A stretch of 64,000 nucleotides of DNA from Alphaproteobacteria bacterium (lineage in GTDB: Bacteria > Pseudomonadota > Alphaproteobacteria > UBA2136 > UBA6156). Positions 1-8,653 of the stretch are shown here, piece by piece; positions within the stretch are counted from its first letter, which is position 1, and each line of letters begins with the position of its first letter. Location of the stretch: positions 8,689 to 72,688 of the forward strand of contig DATAJX010000005.1 in NCBI GenBank assembly GCA_036261915.1, in the 5' to 3' direction. A program made the position numbers and the translations under genes. The notes beneath the pieces were generated by a model. That model searched no databases. It was not told the DNA's origin and saw only the letters and a list, made by a program, of their open reading frames with translations.

Positions 1-984
1 CACCACGCCGGGCCAAAAATCCTCCTCGCCATACACCACCTCGGTGTGCAGCGCGCCCACCTGCCTGGCCAGCGTGCGTGCAACGGCACTTTCATCCTTG
101 GCTCCATCAACGCTAAAGCGCGCAGTGAAGCTCCGTACCTCCACACCCAGGTCGCGCAGCGCCAGCACCATGTTGGTGCTGTCCAACCCGCCGGACAGAA
201 ACGCCCCCACCCCCACCTCGCCCTGCAAATGCCGCCGCATCGCGGCCTTCATCAGCGCGTCAAACTGTTCCAGCGCCGCTTCATCGCCGCGCGCCACGGG
301 CGCCGCCAAAGGCGCCAGCCTGCGCCCGCGCCGTACGATCTTTCCTTCCTTCACCACCAGCCATTCGCCGGGCATCAGGCGCTTCACCCCGGCAAACAGG
401 GTCGCGTCGCCGGGGCTGTCATGAAAGCCCAACACAACCCCCAGCGCCTCGCGGTTCATCTCGCGCGCCACCCAACCGGCAGCCAGCAACGCACGCGGTT
501 CGCTGGCGCAGGCAAAGCCCTTGGCGGTCTCGGCGTAGTACAGCGGCTTGATGCCAAAGCAATCGCGCGCCACAACCATGGTGCCGTCACGCGTGTCAGC
601 CAGCACCAGCCCGTACATGCCCTGCAATTTATCAAAGGCCGAAACCCCTTCCCGCCCATACAGCCACAGCGGCGGCTCGCAATCGCTGCGGGTGGAAAGC
701 CTCACCCCCGCCGCACGCAATTCGGTTTGAAGCTCGGGGTAATTATAGATCTCGCCATTGGCGGCCAGCGCCACTTCGCCGTCCGGAAATTTCGCCACCA
801 GCGGCTGCGCGCCACCGGCCACATCCACAATGGCCAACCGGGTATGAACCAGCCCCAACCCGCCCTCGGCCCACACCGCTTCGCCATCGGGCCCACGGTG
901 GGCCAGTGCCTTGGCCAGGGGCGCCAAAAGCCCGGCGCTCACCTTCGCCTTGCCCGCTAAACAAATGCCCGCGATCCCACACAT
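1..984 (-). CDS. asnB: asparagine synthetase (glutamine-hydrolysing), N-terminal ~328 codons; 3' end lies beyond the window
   Basis: Reverse translation from ATG at 984-982 gives MCGIAGICLAGKAK (Cys2 Ntn amidotransferase). In the same frame, nt ~150-240 give MRRHLQGEVGVGAFLSGGLDSTNMV (SGGxDS PP-loop). The frame is open to the window edge, so it is absent from the ORF track. Confidence 0.8.
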   Translation of the reverse strand, partial: MCGIAGICLAGKAKVSAGLLAPLAKALAHRGPDGEAVWAEGGLGLVHTRLAIVDVAGGAQPLVAKFPDGEVALAANGEIYNYPELQTELRAAGVRLSTRSDCEPPLWLYGREGVSAFDKLQGMYGLVLADTRDGTMVVARDCFGIKPLYYAETAKGFACASEPRALLAAGWVAREMNREALGVVLGFHDSPGDATLFAGVKRLMPGEWLVVKEGKIVRRGRRLAPLAAPVARGDEAALEQFDALMKAAMRRHLQGEVGVGAFLSGGLDSTNMVLALRDLGVEVRSFTARFSVDGAKDESAVARTLARQVGALHTEVVYGEEDFWPGVV

Positions 985-990
985 GATTTT

Positions 991-1650
991 TTATCGTAGC
1001 GCACTTAAGTCGCGGCCGGGAGCCGTGTAGCACAAAGTACGCACAACCACGCTGGCGGCCCCGGCACGCCGCAACGCCAGCGCGCAGGCCCGCACGGTGG
1101 CCCCGGTGGTGAAGATATCATCCACCAAAATCACATGCTCACCCGCCACCGCAGGCAAAGCCACAAAATCAGCCCCACTCAACTTCTGCCGTTGCGCACG
1201 GGTCTTGGCGGCCTGAAAACCCCCATCGCGCACCTTGCGCAAACTCAGCACATCCACTTCAAGCCCGCTCATTTTCCCCAGCGCCTGAACCAGCAAGGCG
1301 GCATGGTTATAGGTACGCACGCGCAGCTTTTTGGGGTGAAGCGGCACCGGCACCAGCAACCCTTCCTTCGGCAAGCGGTCAACCATCAGCCGGGCCAGCG
1401 CGGCCGAATACTGCGGGTGGTCGGCAAACTTCCATTGGAGGATCACCTCGCGCAAAAGGCCCTCATACAAAAACGGCGCGGCAAACCCGCTTACCCCGGC
1501 GGGCAGCTGGGGCGGCAACACACCGGTCTTGTCCCACCACGGCAATTTCGCATAACAATCAGGGCAAAAGGCCACCGGCTCGGCAGCGGGCAAACGCGCG
1601 TGGCAGGCCACGCAGGCGGGCGGCAAAATCGCGCCAAAGGCGCGTTTCAT
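991..1650 (-). CDS. comF: ComF-family phosphoribosyltransferase-domain protein
   Basis: ORF 991..1722. Cys pairs PPACVACHARL and FCPDCY, and PRTase motif VILVDDIFTTGAT. Start placed at Met25 (1650) because codons 1-24 lie inside a dispersed repeat; 1722 remains possible. Confidence 0.75.
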   Translation of the reverse strand: MKRAFGAILPPACVACHARLPAAEPVAFCPDCYAKLPWWDKTGVLPPQLPAGVSGFAAPFLYEGLLREVILQWKFADHPQYSAALARLMVDRLPKEGLLVPVPLHPKKLRVRTYNHAALLVQALGKMSGLEVDVLSLRKVRDGGFQAAKTRAQRQKLSGADFVALPAVAGEHVILVDDIFTTGATVRACALALRRAGAASVVVRTLCYTAPGRDLSALR

Positions 1651-1701
1651 AAGCGCCAGGCCAAAGCGAGCGACAAAGGCCGCAGGCCGTGCGAAGCGAG
1701 A
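1628..1701 (-). repeat. Family-A dispersed repeat (CTTATGAAR + GC hairpin), copy 1
   Basis: Minus strand reads ..gaggcctctcgcttcgcacggcctgcggcctttgtcgctcgctttggcctggcgCTTATGAAAcgcgcctttggcgcg. Alignable with the copies at 10501, 17842 and 41181. Confidence 0.7.
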
Positions 1702-1825
1702 GGCCTCTTTTTCCGGATTCATAACCCTTTATACACTCTTTACGAACGAAGCGCCCTTCCCCACCGCAAACTTACACCGAAGCGGCTAGAATTTCCCGGT
1801 TACATGAACAAAGGAGAATACGGCC

Positions 1826-2077
1826 ATGAATAAAGCATTTCTGATCGTCCCCATCGCCACCTCGCTGGCGCTGGGCGGGTGCACCACCACCGACTGGATG
1901 AATACCAAAACCGTCGCAGGCGGCGCAGCCGTGGGCGCGCTGGTGGGTACGGGCCTGGGTGTGGGTGTGGCGGCCCTCGCCAGCACCAACCTCTGGACCG
2001 GCGCCCTGGTCGGTGCCGGTGTCGGCGGCGCACTGGGCGCGGCCGGCGGCGCGGCGGCCAACCAGCCGATGTACTAG
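1826..2077 (+). CDS. small glycine-zipper lipoprotein
   Basis: AGGAG RBS, lipobox LALGGC, and a G/A/V zipper GGAAVGALVGTGLGVGVAAL. Confidence 0.75.
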   Translation: MNKAFLIVPIATSLALGGCTTTDWMNTKTVAGGAAVGALVGTGLGVGVAALASTNLWTGALVGAGVGGALGAAGGAAANQPMY

Positions 2078-2103
2078 GCAAAGGCAAAAAAGGAGAAAAG
2101 ACC

Positions 2104-2355
2104 ATGAAGCATAACCTCGCTCCCAAACTCACCCTCGGCGCCCTCGCCGTGGTGTCGGCGCTGGCCCTGTCGGCCTGCGGCGAAAGCGTGGCCGACCGCA
2201 GCATCTCCGGCGCCGGTATCGGTGCCGGGGTCGGTGCCGGTGCTGCGGCCCTTACCGGCGGCAACCCGTGGACGGGCGCCATCGTCGGCGGTGCCGTCGG
2301 CGGCGTGGGCGGTGCGGCCACCGCACCCCGCTACCGCCATTACGATGGCTACTAA
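2104..2355 (+). CDS. small glycine-zipper lipoprotein, tandem paralogue
   Basis: Internal ATG of ORF 1879..2355 preceded by AAGGAGAA. Lipobox ALSAC and zipper GAGIGAGVGAGAAALTGG. Confidence 0.7.
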   Translation: MKHNLAPKLTLGALAVVSALALSACGESVADRSISGAGIGAGVGAGAAALTGGNPWTGAIVGGAVGGVGGAATAPRYRHYDGY

Positions 2356-2491
2356 GGGTTTCCGAACAGGTTTACTCATCGGAGACACCTATCCTGAAAG
2401 GGCCCACGGGGGCCCTTTTGTTATGGGTTGCCATGGTCGCCGCCAGCCGCTACAACCCTTTCAACTTCAGCTCTCTAGCGGAGACACCTCC

Positions 2492-3211
2492 ATGCTTCCT
2501 GCCTACAAACCCCACACGCCCTGCGTGGTCGTCTACGACCTCGACGACGTGCTGGTGCAAACCCAAACCGCCGCGGTGCAGGCCTTCGCCCATTGCTTCG
2601 CCGCCAATCTCGATATCACCTACGACGAAGCCGAACACCTCACGCTCAACTACTTCCACCAGCACGGCGACAGCACGCGCTACATGGCCGAACGCTTCGG
2701 AAAGGACGACGCGTGGATAGCCAAATGCCAGCACGACATCCACCAGCGGCTCATCGACCAGGCCGCCGGTTTCGTCATGCCAGACCAGCCGCTGCGCCAA
2801 CAGCTCGAACATGCCGGCGCCGCGGGCCACACGCAGGCGGTGCTCACGTTCAGCCAAAACAACTACGCCCACCACATGCTCGGCCTCGCCGGCATCCGCC
2901 CGCTGTTCGTGCCCGAACTGGTGCTTACCCACCAGTGCGTCGAAGGCCACAGCAAACGCACGCCCGAGCCCTACCTGCGCCTGCTGCAGCGGCTCACCCA
3001 CGTGGCCGCCAGCCACCCGCACATCATGGTCGAAGACCAGCCGGGCAACCTCAAACCGGCGGCCCAACTGGGCTTCACCACCGTGCTGGTGGGCGAGGCC
3101 GCAAGGGCCAACACCGACGGTTTCATCCATGCGCGTTACCCCCGCGTGCATGATTTCCTCACGGCGTTCCTCGCGGGCACCTTCACTCCAAACCTCGAAC
3201 ATGCAGCATAA
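2492..3211 (+). CDS. HAD-superfamily hydrolase (pyrimidine 5'-nucleotidase-like)
   Basis: In-frame ATG of ORF 2222..3211 after GGAG. HAD motif I is VVYDLDDVL. A terminator follows. Confidence 0.7.
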   Translation: MLPAYKPHTPCVVVYDLDDVLVQTQTAAVQAFAHCFAANLDITYDEAEHLTLNYFHQHGDSTRYMAERFGKDDAWIAKCQHDIHQRLIDQAAGFVMPDQPLRQQLEHAGAAGHTQAVLTFSQNNYAHHMLGLAGIRPLFVPELVLTHQCVEGHSKRTPEPYLRLLQRLTHVAASHPHIMVEDQPGNLKPAAQLGFTTVLVGEAARANTDGFIHARYPRVHDFLTAFLAGTFTPNLEHAA

Positions 3212-3218
3212 TAAAAAA

Positions 3219-3249
3219 AACGGCCCCGGATATCCCCGGGGCCGTTTTC
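3219..3249 (+). terminator. rho-independent terminator
   Basis: Hairpin aacggccccgg-atat-ccccggggccgtt followed by a T run, directly after the HAD stop codon. Confidence 0.8.
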
Positions 3250-3317
3250 GTCGTCTGCTCGGCAAAGCGACACCAGCGCATCACTCCTGCATCATCTGCG
3301 CTCGTTTTCGGCCCCAA

Positions 3318-3356
3318 ATGCGACACAAGTGTACAGTCAACCGACAGCAAAGCATC
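3318..3356. repeat. left arm of a 39-nt imperfect inverted repeat
   Basis: atgcgacacaagtgtacagtcaaccgacagcaaagcatc is the reverse complement (33/39 by hand count) of 4540-4578. Confidence 0.75.
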
Positions 3357-4027
3357 ACTTGCGCACACCCCGCAATGGCCTCATGCTCGGGGCCATGAAA
3401 ACCCAGGCCCAGCCTGTCTTTAACGAGATCGCACGGCGTCTGGCCGACCGGCTCGATGACCTGCTGCGCAAGCCCACCCGGGCTCTTATAACGGGCACCG
3501 AAGCGCCTATTTCTCATATTATTCAACAGCAATATCAGCATATTGCCATTTTATCTTCAACCGACACAAGTCTTCAAACCGAGCCCGCCAATCTGCTTAT
3601 CGGCCACCTGCCGCTGAGCGCCGATGTGGCGCAGGTACTGGCGCAGGCCACCCCCCTGCTCGCCCCGGACAGCCCCGTCATCCTCACCCTGCTAGGCCTC
3701 GGCAGCTTTGCCGAAACCCAAAGCCCCCCGCCACTTCCCGATGTGCGCGACATCGGCGACCTGCCCGGGATCCGCAAGCTTTCGTTGCCGGTGATCGACC
3801 GTGACCGCCTTACCCTCACCTTCGAGAATGAGGCCGCCCTCCATCGCACCTTCGAGGCCCACGGCTGGCCCCTCGCCGCCCTCAGCAACATGAATATAAA
3901 CAAACTAACCATTGAAATCATTTATATTCACGGGCACACCAAAGGCCCCAACCAGCCGCAACCCGCCAAACGCGGCAGCGGCAAGGTATCAATGGTCAAA
4001 ATTTTGCACACCAATTCAGAGAGTTAG
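3329..4027 (+). CDS. hypothetical protein
   Basis: 232-codon ORF with coding-like composition. Alternative starts Met19/Met23 (3383/3395) avoid the repeat arm. No motif recognised. Confidence 0.5.
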   Translation: MYSQPTAKHHLRTPRNGLMLGAMKTQAQPVFNEIARRLADRLDDLLRKPTRALITGTEAPISHIIQQQYQHIAILSSTDTSLQTEPANLLIGHLPLSADVAQVLAQATPLLAPDSPVILTLLGLGSFAETQSPPPLPDVRDIGDLPGIRKLSLPVIDRDRLTLTFENEAALHRTFEAHGWPLAALSNMNINKLTIEIIYIHGHTKGPNQPQPAKRGSGKVSMVKILHTNSES

Positions 4028-4085
4028 CTTTACAATTTGCGCGCCGCCCGTACACTTGGACCATTCAAACAGAAAGGGTAAAAAC

Positions 4086-4475
4086 GTGAGTTTTGTTAAC
4101 GAATTCAAAAGCTTCATCATGCGCGGCAACGTCGTCGACCTGGCCGTGGGTGTGGTAATCGGGACTGCTTTTGGCAAGATTGTAAGTAGTTTGGTGGACA
4201 GCATCATCATGCCGGTGGTGGGTTTTTTGGTGAGCGGGGTGAACATCAGCGACCTGGCTTTTAACACCAGCACCATTCCGGGGGCGCCCAGCGTGCTGAT
4301 CCCATACGGTAAATTTGCGCAGAGCTGCGTTGATTTTTTGATTGTGGCCTTTGTGATTTTCATGGTGGTGAAGACCATGGCGCACTTTATGCCCAAGCCC
4401 AAGCCCGCGCCCAAGGGGCCGAGCGCTGAAGAGCTTTTGACGCAGATCCGCGACCTGTTGAAGAAGAAAAAGTAG
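4086..4475 (+). CDS. mscL: large-conductance mechanosensitive channel
   Basis: GTG start in the frame of ORF 3912..4475 gives (M)SFVNEFKSFIMRGNVVDLAVGVVIGTAFGKIV, the canonical MscL N-terminus and TM1. Confidence 0.9.
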   Translation: MSFVNEFKSFIMRGNVVDLAVGVVIGTAFGKIVSSLVDSIIMPVVGFLVSGVNISDLAFNTSTIPGAPSVLIPYGKFAQSCVDFLIVAFVIFMVVKTMAHFMPKPKPAPKGPSAEELLTQIRDLLKKKK

Positions 4476-4539
4476 GCTCTGGAATGATGCGCCAGTGGCT
4501 CTGGGATGGCGCTTTTGTGTAGCGCCGATGTCGCATTTT

Positions 4540-4578
4540 GATGCGCGGCTGTCGGTTGGCTGTACACTTTTGACGCAT
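4540..4578. repeat. right arm of the 39-nt imperfect inverted repeat
   Basis: gatgcgcggctgtcggttggctgtacacttttgacgcat pairs with 3318-3356. Confidence 0.75.
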
Positions 4579-4582
4579 GACG

Positions 4583-4620
4583 CAAAAAACACCCCCGCGA
4601 ACGGGGGTGTTTTGCTTTTG
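4583..4620. terminator. bidirectional rho-independent terminator
   Basis: aaaaaacacccccg-cgaa-cgggggtgtttt lies between convergent mscL and the J-domain gene. Confidence 0.8.
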
Positions 4621-4624
4621 TGCC

Positions 4625-5836
4625 CTAGGCGGCGTGGCCGTACGGCTTGAGGCCGAGGGTGACGCGCCGCTTGTTGATGGCGGGGGTGATGCCCACGAAC
4701 AGGTGGTCGAGTTCGGGGTCGATGGTAATGGCCAGGACGTCGTGCGGGAACGACATGGCCGCCAGTTGCGCCACGGTTTTGCCGAGGCCCTCGTGGCTAT
4801 CGTTGCTGCCGGCATTGGGCGAGGCATCGTTACCCGTGACCGCCATGACGGCCACAGGCTCTTCGCCCTTGCGGCCGAGCATGAGCATGAGCGTGAAATC
4901 GCCCACCCGGCCCGGCTGCGGCGTGAGCCATGTGAGGTCGGACAGGTTGACCAGCTCCTCCAGCACGGCCTGCTTGCGCAGCGAGGCCTGATACAGTTCG
5001 CCCTGCCGTTGTTGCAACCGCCCGCGGGCCACTTCGACAAGGTCTTCGACCCGGACATCGTCGAGCCGCGTAGGCAGCTTTGAGGTTGCGGGGTCGGCGC
5101 CCGGCGGGGCCAGCAGCAGGGCCGCGGGGGCCATGCCGATGCGCGCCAGACCGAGCGTGCTGCCCAACTGGGCCGACAGGTCTTCGTCGATCAGGCGGCC
5201 GAGTTCGAGCTGCGCCATTTCGGCGTAGTCGGCAGGGTCGTTGAGCGCTTCGCTGACCTTGTTGCGCTTGTTGGCGATGCCGACCGTTTGGTAGGCGTCT
5301 TCCTCCAGCGCATCGAGGTAGAGCATCTCGGCCCGCAGGGCCTCGACGAGCATGGCGCGCACCCCGGCATCGGTTGGGGCGGCCATGTAGAGCCGCCGCA
5401 GCGTGTCGGTTTTATCGGGGTTATAGCCCGAGAGCATGCGGGCGTGGGCCAGCACGGCCTCGTCGCGCCCAGTGCCTTCGGCCTGCCCCAACAGGACGGG
5501 CACGTCGAAATGCTGGGCGTCGAGCACGATGAGCGGCGTGCCGTCGGTGCAGATGGCGCGCGGGCGCTGCTGCGTGAACTCGGCCAGCCTGGCATCGAAG
5601 TAGGCCTTGCGTTGGGGGTTGAGCAGCATGTGCTCGCAGTCGGCCAGCCGTTGCAGAATGCCTTGCGCGGTGGCCTGCACCTCGGGGCCCGCGTTGGTGA
5701 GCCTATCGGGGTGGTTGGCGACGCGCTTGGTTTTGATGGCGGCCTTGATGGCCTCGGGCGAGGCATCGGCGGGCAGGCCGAGGTAGGCGTAGCGGTTGAA
5801 GATGTAGTCGATCGTTTCGAGGGGGTTCCAGGGCAT
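4625..5836 (-). CDS. J-domain (DnaJ-like) protein with an uncharacterised ~320-aa C-terminal region
   Basis: N-terminal J domain YAYLGLPADASPEAIKAAIKTKRVANHPDRL with the HPD tripeptide. GGAG RBS. Confidence 0.75.
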   Translation of the reverse strand: MPWNPLETIDYIFNRYAYLGLPADASPEAIKAAIKTKRVANHPDRLTNAGPEVQATAQGILQRLADCEHMLLNPQRKAYFDARLAEFTQQRPRAICTDGTPLIVLDAQHFDVPVLLGQAEGTGRDEAVLAHARMLSGYNPDKTDTLRRLYMAAPTDAGVRAMLVEALRAEMLYLDALEEDAYQTVGIANKRNKVSEALNDPADYAEMAQLELGRLIDEDLSAQLGSTLGLARIGMAPAALLLAPPGADPATSKLPTRLDDVRVEDLVEVARGRLQQRQGELYQASLRKQAVLEELVNLSDLTWLTPQPGRVGDFTLMLMLGRKGEEPVAVMAVTGNDASPNAGSNDSHEGLGKTVAQLAAMSFPHDVLAITIDPELDHLFVGITPAINKRRVTLGLKPYGHAA

Positions 5837-5930
5837 GGAAAGCTCCGGTTTGAGGACGGGAAACGGGACGTGTGATGGCCCGTATTAGCACCGCCCGCCC
5901 ATGGGAGCAAGTTATTAGATTATATGGGTT

Positions 5931-6011
5931 TTACCCCCAGAGGAGCCAGCCGATGCCGAGGCCGATAAGGACCCCATACAAAGCCATGAGGGCGAGGCCG
6001 ACTGCGTTCAT
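5931..6011 (-). CDS. possible 26-aa hydrophobic micro-protein
   Basis: ATG at 6011-6009 preceded by GGAAGGAGAA. Encodes MNAVGLALMALYGVLIGLGIGWLLWG then TAA. Below the ORF-track length cut-off. Confidence 0.35.
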   Translation of the reverse strand: MNAVGLALMALYGVLIGLGIGWLLWG

Positions 6012-6248
6012 ATTTGTTCTCCTTCCCATACAAAACGGCCCCCTGAAAATCAGAGAGCCGGGAAGCTAATAACCGTTACGAGAACGGCGCAGCGTATTGA
6101 CGCTTGCGCGCTGTTTTATTCCGCCGCCTTCCCAGCATATGGAAAGCGACAGTTTGGTGACGGCTGATGTCGCAGCCGCTCGTATTTGGGGTTATTAGGT
6201 CCCGGGCGCTTTTGCGCTTGGGGTTACATTAGCAAAATTTTGGGGCTG

Positions 6249-7235
6249 CTACACTAGATTTGTTTGGTCATCTCTATAACCAATGACATCTATTACTTTT
6301 AGAATATCGAATTCTTCATCTTTCAAAAGCCCGTTAGTGTCATAAAATGAAGTCACTTCTACTAAACATCGTAATGAATCGCCGGGGTTAATTGTGACCT
6401 GCCTGTTATGAAATTTATCAAGCCACGGTTTATCTTTTATTGAAGCTGCAACTGTCTTTGTTCCATGCTTTAACTCCCACATAGAATTACCAAGAAAATC
6501 AGGTTTCTTTACGGCAAATATCATTGGTTGAGGGCCCGATTTCAAAATTTCTTTGACCCCAATCTCCCTCAGTTCGCCTTCGGTATATTTTGAAGATAAG
6601 TTGATATTATGAGTATGCCCATCTTCAAGAAAGCTAGCTCCATCACTTTCAATTAAGTGCCCCTTAGCCTCTGATATTTGCCTTACTGCTTGAACAATAT
6701 TTGCGTCTAGTAAGGGGGTGGAGAATTCGCTTGCTCCGCTTTCACTCGCCAAACGACGAATATCAGCTTTAAACCCTTCGATATCGAACTTGTTTTGGTT
6801 AGTATTTCGAATAAATGATTCTTTACCCTTTACTAAATATCCACCAAGAATTCTTTTCCAGTCAAAATTTTTGATGTCCTCATTATCCGCTCCCTTTAAC
6901 AAATTACGAAAGAAGGACAACAATGACCCAGATTTGGTTTCTTCAAGTACCAAGTCTGCATGAATATTTACATTTAATGAACGGGCTAGTTCGATATCTA
7001 TAGTTTCTAGCGAAGCCACAAAACCGGCCATTGCTTTAAAAACTCTTTTGGGATCACCCTTACCAGGCTGGTATTCAATCTTCAGCCCAAAATATCCCTC
7101 TTGGGGGTGCTTAATTAAGCTAATGTCATTGTTAGACAACATGTTGAAATATAAAATTATTAAAGTTATTTGCCAATAGAAAGCCGCTTCGCTTAAATCG
7201 ATTTGCGGCTTTGGGGTTTGGCGCGGTGGGGCCAT
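6249..7235 (-). CDS. hypothetical protein encoded on an AT-rich islet (probable start Met32 at 7142)
   Basis: The only long ORF in a stretch where sampled 60-nt lines count 25-33% G+C, against more than 50-65% in the flanks. No motif recognised. Confidence 0.65.
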   Translation of the reverse strand: MAPPRQTPKPQIDLSEAAFYWQITLIILYFNMLSNNDISLIKHPQEGYFGLKIEYQPGKGDPKRVFKAMAGFVASLETIDIELARSLNVNIHADLVLEETKSGSLLSFFRNLLKGADNEDIKNFDWKRILGGYLVKGKESFIRNTNQNKFDIEGFKADIRRLASESGASEFSTPLLDANIVQAVRQISEAKGHLIESDGASFLEDGHTHNINLSSKYTEGELREIGVKEILKSGPQPMIFAVKKPDFLGNSMWELKHGTKTVAASIKDKPWLDKFHNRQVTINPGDSLRCLVEVTSFYDTNGLLKDEEFDILKVIDVIGYRDDQTNLV

Positions 7236-7240
7236 TCGCT

Positions 7241-7338
7241 GGCGGGTGACGATTTTTCATTTTATCCGACGACCGAGCAGCGCAAGCGTACACTTTGGTA
7301 CGTGCGCAGCGCAGGGCTAGGAAAAATGAAAAAGCGGC
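7241..7338 (+). repeat. Family-B ~98-bp MITE-like palindromic repeat, copy 1
   Basis: ggcgggtgacgatttttcattttatccgacgaccgagcagcgcaagcgtacac...gcgcagggctaggaaaaatgaaaaagcggcc. Ends are inverted (tttttcatttt / aaaaatgaaaaa). Alignable along its length with 53512-53609. Confidence 0.7.
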
Positions 7339-7354
7339 CGCGCCAGTAGAGTGG

Positions 7355-8653
7355 CTACGAGGCTTTTTTGGACTTGGTGGTGGGGGCTTCGGCGTAAATT
7401 TTGAGAGGCTCGGTTTGGCCGCTGACCACCTTTTTGTTGATGACGACCTCTTCCAAATTCTTTTCGGCGGGGATGTCGAACATGGTGTCGAGCAGGATGT
7501 TCTCGAGAATGGCGCGCAGGCCGCGGGCGCCGGTTTTGCGCGTGATGGCTTGCTTGGCGACCTCTTCGAGTGCGTCCTTGGCGAAGGTGAGGCGCACGTT
7601 CTCCATGCCGAACAGGGCCTGGTATTGCTTGGTGAGCGCGTTTTTGGGCGCGGTGAGGATTTCGATGAGCGCGGCCTCGTCGAGGTCTTCGAGCATGGCG
7701 AGCACCGGCAGGCGGCCGACGAATTCGGGGATGAGGCCGAACTTGACCAGGTCTTCGGGCTCGGCGTGCTGGAACAGTTCGCCCACGCCGCGTTTGTCTT
7801 CGGAATTCACCTCGGCGTTAAAGCCGATGCTGCGCTTGCGCAGGCGTTGGCCGATGACCTTTTCGAGCCCCGAGAACGCGCCGCCGCAGATGAACATGAT
7901 GTTGGAAGTATCGACCTGCAGGAACTCTTGCTGCGGGTGCTTGCGGCCGCCCTGCGGGGGCACGCTGGCCACGGTGCCTTCGATGAGCTTGAGCAGCGCC
8001 TGCTGCACGCCCTCGCCGCTGACATCGCGCGTGATGGAGGGGTTATCGCCCTTGCGGGAAATCTTGTCGATCTCGTCGATATAGACGATGCCGCGTTGCG
8101 CGCGCTCGACGTTGTAATCGGACGCCTGCAGCAGTTTGAGGATGATGTTTTCGACGTCTTCGCCCACGTAGCCGGCTTCGGTGAGCGTGGTGGCGTCGGC
8201 CATGGTGAAGGGGACATCGAGAATGCGGGCCAGCGTTTGCGCCAGCAGCGTTTTGCCCGAGCCGGTGGGCCCGATAAGCAGGATGTTGGACTTTTGGATT
8301 TCGACCTCGGGCTTGTTGCCGGCGGCCAGGGCGGCGGACATGTGTTCCATCCGCTTATAATGGTTGTAGACCGCGACCGACAGGATGCGTTTGGCGCGCG
8401 TTTGGCCGATGACGTAGTCGTCGAGCGTTTTGCGGATTTCCTGAGGCGTGGGCAGGCCTTGTTTGCCTTCGCCCTTGCGGGTTGCGGCGGCCGGGCTGGC
8501 TTCTTCTTCGCGGATGATATCCATGCACAGGCGCACGCATTCGTCGCACACAAACACTGTTGGGCCTGCGATCAGTTTACGGACTTCGTGCTGGCTTTTG
8601 CCGCAAAAGCTGCAATACAGCGTGCCGCCGGTGGGGTCGGATTTTTTTGCCAT
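7355..8653 (-). CDS. clpX: ATP-dependent Clp protease ATP-binding subunit ClpX
   Basis: Met25 of ORF 7355..8725. Zinc ribbon [29 protein letters not shown] and Walker [16 protein letters not shown]. Confidence 0.95.
   Translation of the reverse strand: MAKKSDPTGGTLYCSFCGKSQHEVRKLIAGPTVFVCDECVRLCMDIIREEEASPAAATRKGEGKQGLPTPQEIRKTLDDYVIGQTRAKRILSVAVYNHYKRMEHMSAALAAGNKPEVEIQKSNILLIGPTGSGKTLLAQTLARILDVPFTMADATTLTEAGYVGEDVENIILKLLQASDYNVERAQRGIVYIDEIDKISRKGDNPSITRDVSGEGVQQALLKLIEGTVASVPPQGGRKHPQQEFLQVDTSNIMFICGGAFSGLEKVIGQRLRKRSIGFNAEVNSEDKRGVGELFQHAEPEDLVKFGLIPEFVGRLPVLAMLEDLDEAALIEILTAPKNALTKQYQALFGMENVRLTFAKDALEEVAKQAITRKTGARGLRAILENILLDTMFDIPAEKNLEEVVINKKVVSGQTEPLKIYAEAPTTKSKKAS

Noticed and set aside
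46-960. 304-aa plus-strand ORF at the window start
   Set aside because: It is the antisense shadow of the asnB-type gene. The opposite strand gives the clean motifs MCGIAG and SGGLDS. This ORF is Arg/Gly/His/Pro-rich, as is typical of GC-shadow frames.
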